Part shown: positions 20,613 through 27,975 of the stretch, one piece after another | Layout of the letters: each line of letters starts with the position of its first letter | Position numbering within the stretch: the stretch's first letter is position 1 | Source: Solirubrobacterales bacterium | Lineage (GTDB): Bacteria > Actinomycetota > Thermoleophilia > Solirubrobacterales > Thermoleophilaceae | Length of the DNA stretch: 27,975 nt | Reading direction: 5' to 3' | Assembly: GCA_038232575.1 (NCBI GenBank) | Contig: JBBSNQ010000001.1 | Coordinates: 1 to 27,975, forward strand | Made by a program: the position numbers and the translations under genes | The notes under the pieces: generated by a model | What the model saw: only the letters and a program-made list of their open reading frames with translations | What the model was told of the DNA's origin: nothing | Database searches by the model: none

Positions 20613-20875
20613 CGGCCGCGACCGGTGTGTCCGCGGAAGAGGCGTGTCGGAGCGAACTCGCCGAGCTTGTGGCCGACCATCGACTCGGACACGAATACGG
20701 GCACATGCTTGCGTCCGTCGTGCACGGCGATCGTGTGCCCGACCATCTCCGGAAAGATCGTCGATCCGCGCGACCACGTCTTGAGCATCTGCCGCTCGCC
20801 CGAGGCGTTCATCGCCTCGATGCGCCCCATCAGGCGCTCCTCTGCCCACGGACCCTTCTTCGCTGAGCGCGACAT
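20609..20875 (-). CDS. rpsS: 30S ribosomal protein S19
   Basis: [10 protein letters not shown] and [13 protein letters not shown] motifs. Confidence 0.98.
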   Translation of the reverse strand: MSRSAKKGPWAEERLMGRIEAMNASGERQMLKTWSRGSTIFPEMVGHTIAVHDGRKHVPVFVSESMVGHKLGEFAPTRLFRGHTGRGR

Positions 20876-20877
20876 GG

Positions 20878-21720
<843 letters not shown>

Positions 21721-21722
21721 GC

Positions 21723-22019
21723 CTACTCCCCGATCTCCGCGCCCTCGAAGAGCTCGATCGAGTCCTCGGGATGCAGCTCGACGATCGCCTTCCGCCAAGC
21801 GCGCGTCTTGCCGTGCGTATAGCCGCGGCGCTTGGGCTTCGGCTTGACGGTGACCGTCTTCACGGACTGCACGCGCACCTCGAAGATCTCCTCGATCGCC
21901 TGGCGCACCTGCGTCTTGTGGGCCCGGTCGTGGATGCGAAACGTGTACTTGTTCGCCGTCAGCAGCGCGTAGCTCTTCTCGGACACGACGGGCCGGACGA
22001 TCACCGAGCGCGCGTTCAC
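21723..22019 (-). CDS. rplW: 50S ribosomal protein L23
   Basis: GTG 22019 (GTGA overlap with rplD). [14 protein letters not shown] and WRKAIV motifs. Confidence 0.96.
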   Translation of the reverse strand: MNARSVIVRPVVSEKSYALLTANKYTFRIHDRAHKTQVRQAIEEIFEVRVQSVKTVTVKPKPKRRGYTHGKTRAWRKAIVELHPEDSIELFEGAEIGE

Positions 22020-22699
22020 GATGCGGCACGCTTCCCGGACTGGGTCCCGCGCGGCGTCGCCGCGCCGTCGTGCCGCGACGGCCTTGCGGCGAGTGCGCCC
22101 AGGTGCTCGAGCGCCGCCGGCGAGACGACGAGGCGGGCGGCGCCCGCGATCTCGAGCACACCGGCGTCGCCGGCGCGAAGCACGTTCACGTTGCGAATGT
22201 TGCGGAACGAGCGCTGGCACGCCTCCTCGCCCTCGGGCCCGAGCAGAACGAGCGTCGAAGCAGGCTCGCCGAGCCCGGACAACGCGCCGGCCGCCCGCTT
22301 GGTCGATGGCGAGTCGAACCCCGACGGGTCGAGCACAGCGAGCGATCCGCGCTCGGCATGGACCGTGAGCGCAGCCCGCAAGGCGCGCCGGCGCGCTTTG
22401 CGATTGACCTTGACCGTGTAGCCGCGCGGCTTCGGCCCGAAGGCGACGCCTCCGCCGACGCGCTGGGGCGCCGACAGCGGCCCCGCGCGAGCGCGCCCGG
22501 TGCCCTTCTGCCGCCACGCCTTCGCGCCGGTCATCGCGACCTCGGCGCGCGTCTTGGTCGAGGCGGTGCCGCTGCGGCGCGCGTTGCGCTCGGCGCGCAC
22601 GGCCTCGTGGACGAGCGCCCCGTGGAAGGGCTCATCGAAGAGCGCAGCATCGAGCTCGAGCGAGCCGGACCTGCCGATATAGGGGGCCTCGAGCGCCAT
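22016..22699 (-). CDS. rplD: 50S ribosomal protein L4
   Basis: TKTRAEV...[14 protein letters not shown] and [11 protein letters not shown] motifs. Confidence 0.97.
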   Translation of the reverse strand: MALEAPYIGRSGSLELDAALFDEPFHGALVHEAVRAERNARRSGTASTKTRAEVAMTGAKAWRQKGTGRARAGPLSAPQRVGGGVAFGPKPRGYTVKVNRKARRRALRAALTVHAERGSLAVLDPSGFDSPSTKRAAGALSGLGEPASTLVLLGPEGEEACQRSFRNIRNVNVLRAGDAGVLEIAGAARLVVSPAALEHLGALAARPSRHDGAATPRGTQSGKRAAS

Positions 22700-23316
22700 C
22701 AGCGATCGGAGCGGATCTCCACCGTGCCGCCCTTCGGGCCCGGAACCGAGCCGCGCAGCAGGATCAGGTTGCGCTCGGGCAGCACGTCGACGATCTCGAG
22801 TCCCTTCTGGGTCGCCCGCTTGCCGCCCATCCGCCCGGGGCCGCGGATGCCCTTGAAGACGCGCGACGGCGTCGCCGAGGCGCCGATCGCGCCCGGAGCG
22901 CGCACGTTGTGCGAGCCGTGCGAGACCGGACCGCGGCTGAAGTTGTGGCGCTTGATCGTGCCCTGGAAGCCCTTGCCCTTCGCGGTCCCCGCCACCTTCA
23001 CGCGCTGGCCCTTCTCGAACGCCTCGACGGTCACCGTCTCACCGACTTGCAGCTCCCCGGCCTCGTCGCGGAACTCCACCACGTGGCGCATCGGCGGGGC
23101 GTCGACCTTTGCGAGGTGGCCGACCTCTGCGCGCGTCAGACGCTTCGCCCGGACCTCGCCAAAGGCGAGCTGCACGGCCTCATAGCCGTCGCGATCCTGC
23201 GTCCGGATCGCCGTGACCGGACACGGGCCGGCCTCGACGACGGTCACGGACTCGACCCGGCCCTCCTCCGTGAAGAGCTGGCTCATGCCGAGCTTCTTGC
23301 CGATCAGCGCAGCCAC
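22699..23316 (-). CDS. rplC: 50S ribosomal protein L3
   Basis: GKKLGMSQ, KGKGFQGTIKRH and PGRMG motifs. Confidence 0.98.
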   Translation of the reverse strand: MAALIGKKLGMSQLFTEEGRVESVTVVEAGPCPVTAIRTQDRDGYEAVQLAFGEVRAKRLTRAEVGHLAKVDAPPMRHVVEFRDEAGELQVGETVTVEAFEKGQRVKVAGTAKGKGFQGTIKRHNFSRGPVSHGSHNVRAPGAIGASATPSRVFKGIRGPGRMGGKRATQKGLEIVDVLPERNLILLRGSVPGPKGGTVEIRSDR

Positions 23317-23324
23317 GACGACGC

Positions 23325-23648
23325 TCAGGCGAGCTGGATCTGGATGTCAACGCCCGCAGGCAGCTGATCGAGCCGCTGAAGCGAGTCCACGGTCTTGGGC
23401 GTGGGCTCGAGGATGTCGATCAGCCGCTTGTGGGTCGGAAGCTCGAAGTGCTCGCGCGAGTCCTTGTCCTTGAACGGCCCGCGGATCACGCAGTAGACGT
23501 TGCGACCGGTCGGCAGCGGCACCGGGCCACAGATGCTCGCCCCGGTGCGTTGGGCCGTCTCGACGATCTCGCGCGCAGCCGCCTCGATCGAGGTGTGATC
23601 GTGGGCCTTCAGCCGGATCCGGATCTTGCTTTGAGAGATCGTTGCCAT
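23325..23648 (-). CDS. rpsJ: 30S ribosomal protein S10 (NusE)
   Basis: [17 protein letters not shown] and THKRLIDI motifs. Confidence 0.96.
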   Translation of the reverse strand: MATISQSKIRIRLKAHDHTSIEAAAREIVETAQRTGASICGPVPLPTGRNVYCVIRGPFKDKDSREHFELPTHKRLIDILEPTPKTVDSLQRLDQLPAGVDIQIQLA

Positions 23649-23667
23649 GTGTGGTTCGGTCGAGTCA

Positions 23668-24855
<1,188 letters not shown>

Positions 24856-24885
24856 GTTCTTACGCTCCTCTCGTCAACTCAACTT

Positions 24886-24916
24886 GGTCCGCCTGCGGGC
24901 GAACCGGGGAAAGATA
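24886..24916 (-). promoter_or_regulatory. Putative internal tuf promoter (-10 TATCTT at 24916-24911) with 8-bp leader hairpin (24905-24886)
   Basis: TANNNT lies 4 nt after the fusA stop, followed by the hairpin GGTTCGCC-CGCA-GGCGGACC. Confidence 0.5.
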
Positions 24917-24920
24917 CTCG

Positions 24921-27032
24921 TTACGCCGCCGCTCGGCTGGTCTCGCCGGTGCGGTGCTCGACGATCTCCTCCGCGATGCTCTGCGGAACCTCTTCGTAGC
25001 TATCAAACTGCATCGTGTAGCTGGCACGGCCCTGGGTAGTCGAGCGCAGGTCCGTCGCGTACCCGAACATCTCCGAGAGCGGCACCCGCGCACCCACCGC
25101 GAGCGCGTTGCCGCGCGGCTCCTGTCCCTCGACGCGCCCGCGGCGCCGCGAGAGGTCGCCGATCACGTCGCCGAGGAAGTCCTGCGGCGTGACGACCTCG
25201 ACCGCCATCACGGGCTCGAGCAGCGCGGGGCTGGCGCGGCGCGCGGCCTCCTTGAGCGCGAGCGAGCCGGCGATCTTGAAGGCGATCTCGGAGGAGTCTG
25301 TGTCGTGGTACTTGCCGTCGGTCAGGGTCGCGCGCACGTCGACCATCGGGTAGCCGGCCTTGACGCCCGTCTCGAGCGCCTCCTCGATGCCCTTCTCGAC
25401 CGCGGGGATGAACTCTGACGGCACCGACCCCCCCTTCACCTTGTTGACGAAGTTGAAGCCCTCGCCGGGCGTCGGCTCGAGGTTGATGTAGACAACGCCG
25501 TACTGGCCCGACCCACCGGTCTGGCGGATGAACTTGCCCTCGATGCGGCTGACGTCGGAGCGGATCGTCTCCCGATACGCGACCTGCGGCCGGCCGACGC
25601 CCGCCTCGACCTTGAACTCCCGCTTCATGCGATCGACGATCACGTCGAGGTGGAGCTCGCCCATCCCGGAGATCACCGTCTGGCCGGTCTCCTCGTCGCT
25701 GCGCACCTGAAAGGTCGGATCCTCCTCGGCGAGCCGCCCGAGCGCGATCGACATCTTCTCCTGATCGGCCTTCGTCTTGGGCTCGATCGATACGTGGACG
25801 ACGGGTGCCGGGAAGGAGATCGTCTCGAGCCGCACCGGAGCGGCCGGAACGCAGAGCGTGTCGCCGGTCGAGGTCTGCTTGAGGCCGACCGCGGCCGCTA
25901 TGTCGCCCGCGTAGGCCTGCTCCTGCTCCTCGCGGTGGTTGGCGTGCATCACGAGGATGCGTCCGGCGCGCTCGGTGCGCCCCGTGCTCGCGTTGAGCAC
26001 GCGCGCGCCGGCCTCGAGCCGCCCCGAGTAGACGCGGAAGTAGGTCAGCTTGCCGACGAACGGGTCCGACATGACCTTGAAGGCGAGCGCCGCGAACGGT
26101 CCCTCGTCGGAGGCGGGGCGAGTCGTCGGGCGCTCCTCCTCCTCCCCCTTGGCGGGCGGCTCGAGGCCCTCGACCGCCGGCACGTCGAGCGGGCTCGGAA
26201 GGAAGTCGATGACCGCATCTAGCAGCGGCTGGACGCCCTTGTTCTTAAACGAGGAGCCGCACAACACGGGAGTGATCGAGATGTCGAGCGTGGCAGCACG
26301 GATCGCCGACTTCAGCTTCTCGGCGCCGATCGACTGCTCCTCGAGGTAGGCCTCAGCGACCTCGTCATCGTGGTCGGCGACGGTCTGCACCAGCTGAGCG
26401 CGCGCCTTCTCGGCCTCGGCGGCCATCGCCTCCGGAACCTCCTCGACCGTCCACTCCCGCCCGAGGTCGTCGGAGTAGACGATCGCCTGCATGTTGATCA
26501 GGTCGACGATGCCGCCGAACTCCGCCTCGCTCCCGATCGGCAGCTGCAGCGGCAGCGGGTTTGCTCCGAGCCGATCGACCATCGTCTTGAGACTCTGCTG
26601 GAAGTCGGCGCCGATGCGGTCCATCTTGTTGATGTAGGCGATCCGCGGCACGCGGTACTTGTCCGCCTGGCGCCACACGGTCTCCGACTGGGGCTCGACC
26701 CCGGCGACCGAGTCGAAGACGGCGATCGCCCCGTCGAGCACCCTCAGCGAGCGCTCGACCTCGACCGTGAAGTCGACGTGCCCCGGCGTGTCGATGATGT
26801 TGACGCGGTGATCGCGCCAGAACGCGGTCGTCGCCGCCGAGGTGATCGTGATGCCGCGCTCCTGCTCCTGCGCCATCCAATCCATCGTCGCCGCGCCCTC
26901 GTGAACCTCCCCGAGCTTGTGGGTTCGACCCGTGTAATAGAGGATGCGCTCGGTGGTCGTCGTCTTGCCGGCATCGATGTGCGCCATGATGCCGATGTTG
27001 CGCGTTCTATCGAGTGGGCTCTGTCGTGGCAT
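24921..27032 (-). CDS. fusA: Elongation factor G (canonical)
   Basis: [26 protein letters not shown] and GMGELHL motifs; 703 aa. Confidence 0.99.
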   Translation of the reverse strand: MPRQSPLDRTRNIGIMAHIDAGKTTTTERILYYTGRTHKLGEVHEGAATMDWMAQEQERGITITSAATTAFWRDHRVNIIDTPGHVDFTVEVERSLRVLDGAIAVFDSVAGVEPQSETVWRQADKYRVPRIAYINKMDRIGADFQQSLKTMVDRLGANPLPLQLPIGSEAEFGGIVDLINMQAIVYSDDLGREWTVEEVPEAMAAEAEKARAQLVQTVADHDDEVAEAYLEEQSIGAEKLKSAIRAATLDISITPVLCGSSFKNKGVQPLLDAVIDFLPSPLDVPAVEGLEPPAKGEEEERPTTRPASDEGPFAALAFKVMSDPFVGKLTYFRVYSGRLEAGARVLNASTGRTERAGRILVMHANHREEQEQAYAGDIAAAVGLKQTSTGDTLCVPAAPVRLETISFPAPVVHVSIEPKTKADQEKMSIALGRLAEEDPTFQVRSDEETGQTVISGMGELHLDVIVDRMKREFKVEAGVGRPQVAYRETIRSDVSRIEGKFIRQTGGSGQYGVVYINLEPTPGEGFNFVNKVKGGSVPSEFIPAVEKGIEEALETGVKAGYPMVDVRATLTDGKYHDTDSSEIAFKIAGSLALKEAARRASPALLEPVMAVEVVTPQDFLGDVIGDLSRRRGRVEGQEPRGNALAVGARVPLSEMFGYATDLRSTTQGRASYTMQFDSYEEVPQSIAEEIVEHRTGETSRAAA

Positions 27033-27042
27033 TGTGCTTGGT

Positions 27043-27062
27043 GTACCGAGGCGTATCGAGGC
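27043..27062. repeat. 10-bp tandem direct repeat (GTACCGAGGC / GTATCGAGGC) in the fusA 5' UTR
   Basis: Two adjacent copies with one mismatch, between the terminator and the fusA ATG. Confidence 0.6.
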
Positions 27063-27064
27063 AG

Positions 27065-27086
27065 AAAAAAGGCCCTTCCGGGCCCT
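27065..27086 (-). terminator. Intrinsic terminator in the fusA leader
   Basis: Minus strand AG-GGCCC-GGAA-GGGCC-TTTTTT: GC stem, GNRA tetraloop and U6 tract, 32 nt upstream of the fusA ATG. Confidence 0.75.
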
Positions 27087-27116
27087 GTGGTGCGCAGGTG
27101 CTCGCTGCCCGGAGGG
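27073..27116 (-). promoter_or_regulatory. Antiterminator helix competing with the terminator
   Basis: CCCTCCGGGC (27116-27107) is complementary to GCCCGGAAGGG (27083-27073): 10 bp with one bulged A. Confidence 0.65.
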
Positions 27117-27122
27117 ATCGTT

Positions 27123-27143
27123 CTATGTGGTGTGAGTCCTCAT
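27123..27143 (-). CDS. Leader peptide MRTHTT (putative attenuator uORF)
   Basis: ATG AGG ACT CAC ACC ACA TAG. The stop lies 6 nt before the antiterminator strand. Confidence 0.6.
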   Translation of the reverse strand: MRTHTT

Positions 27144-27180
27144 GCTGGTGTCTGATGATGCCCCGCGCGGGAGAGAGCCT

Positions 27181-27816
27181 GTGAGCAGCCCGCCTCCCGA
27201 GCGCCGAGGCGGCTCGAAAGCGACCGACGATGCTAGCAAAGGCGGGCGTGCTGCACGCGGGACGGGGCGCGCGGCGCGGGCGCTTGCGGGCGGCGTGGCG
27301 CGCAGCTCGACGCGCGGGACGGGCGCCTTCCTGCGCGGCGTCGGCGCGGCGAGCTGGACCGAGCGGCTGGTGCTCGCCCTCGGCATGGCGGCGGCGGTGC
27401 TGCTTGTGGCCGCCGAGCTCACGCCGCTGTACGCGATCGACGTGGCGGGGGCGAGCTGCGATGTCGTCGCCGAGCCCGCGCTGCGCGATCAGTGCGTGAC
27501 GACGGGCGGCAACGCGCACTCCTACGGCTTCCTACTGCTCGCGCTGCTGGCGCTGGCGATGACCTTCGGCGCCGCGTTCGGCGGCAGCGCCCCTGCGGGC
27601 GCCGCGCTCTGCACGCTCGGGGTGGTCGTGCTGGCGATCTCGCTCGGCCGCGACCTGCCGGCCGCGCGGTCGACCGGCGAGATCGGCGTGCAGTTCCTCC
27701 AGGCCAACGCCAGCATCGCGGTCGGGCTCTGGTTCGAGCTCGCGGCGGGCCTGCTCGCGATCGCGGCGGGCGTCGTGCGGTTGCGGTGGCGGCGGCCGCG
27801 CGAGGAGCGCGCCTAA
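27181..27816 (+). CDS. Hypothetical membrane protein (about 4 TM helices, Cys pair in a loop)
   Basis: Basic disordered N-terminus followed by hydrophobic segments, with loop ASCDVVAEPALRDQC. GTG 27181 is preferred because of the GGGAGAG SD and because ATG 27142 overlaps the fusA uORF. Confidence 0.7.
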   Translation: MSSPPPERRGGSKATDDASKGGRAARGTGRAARALAGGVARSSTRGTGAFLRGVGAASWTERLVLALGMAAAVLLVAAELTPLYAIDVAGASCDVVAEPALRDQCVTTGGNAHSYGFLLLALLALAMTFGAAFGGSAPAGAALCTLGVVVLAISLGRDLPAARSTGEIGVQFLQANASIAVGLWFELAAGLLAIAAGVVRLRWRRPREERA

Positions 27817-27845
27817 ACGCCGGGATCCCGGGCGCTGCCTGCGCG

Positions 27846-27867
27846 GGGCCTGACTCCGGTGAGGCCC
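27846..27867. terminator. Possible stem-loop downstream of the membrane protein gene
   Basis: GGGCCT...AGGCCC stem with inner AC/GT pairs and no U-tract. Confidence 0.3.
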
Positions 27868-27890
27868 TCGTCGCGGCGCTCGGTTCGGGC

Positions 27891-27975
27891 TTACGCCTCG
27901 TTGGGTGCGCAGCGGCTCTCGGGTGCGAGTGGTGCGTCGCTTTCGCCCTCGCTCGCGGGTGGCGACGAGGTCCCC
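27891..27975 (-). CDS. Possible 3' end of a convergent gene (..SSPPASEGESDAPLAPESRCAPNEA*)
   Basis: Only an open frame from the window edge to TAA 27893-27891. No recognisable motif. Confidence 0.25.
   Translation of the reverse strand, partial: GTSSPPASEGESDAPLAPESRCAPNEA

Noticed and set aside
24921-27032. fusA as a resistance-type or EF-G2 paralogue
   Set aside because: The G-motifs, RGITI switch I and the GELHL region are canonical, and the gene is adjacent to tuf.

Overview
High-GC bacterial chromosome segment. The gene order and sequence style suggest an actinobacterium, probably Thermoleophilia/Solirubrobacterales (inference only). It is dominated by a minus-strand translation super-operon: fusA-tuf-S10 cluster-spc cluster-secY-adk-map-rpmJ-rpsM-rpsK-rpsD-rpoA-rplQ. 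Downstream lie an inverted SDR, a SAM methyltransferase, truA, surE, ligA, a convergent dacB and a partial patatin. I saw no rRNA, tRNA, CRISPR array or mobile element. Four non-routine signals stand out. (1) fusA is detached from rpsL-rpsG and is instead preceded by a leader with classical attenuator geometry: uORF MRTHTT, a competing antiterminator helix and a GNRA-capped U-tailed terminator. (2) Most longer intergenic spacers are filled by ATG/GTG mini-ORFs that start at or next to the upstream stop and end at or just before the next start. The longest is a 40-aa Arg/Pro-rich ORF in a structured rpsH-rplF insert. (3) infA is missing from its usual place. (4) L22 and S17 carry long N-terminal extensions, and TAG is the most common stop codon. 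Several start codons were re-called from the ORF track using homology, SD motifs and overlaps.
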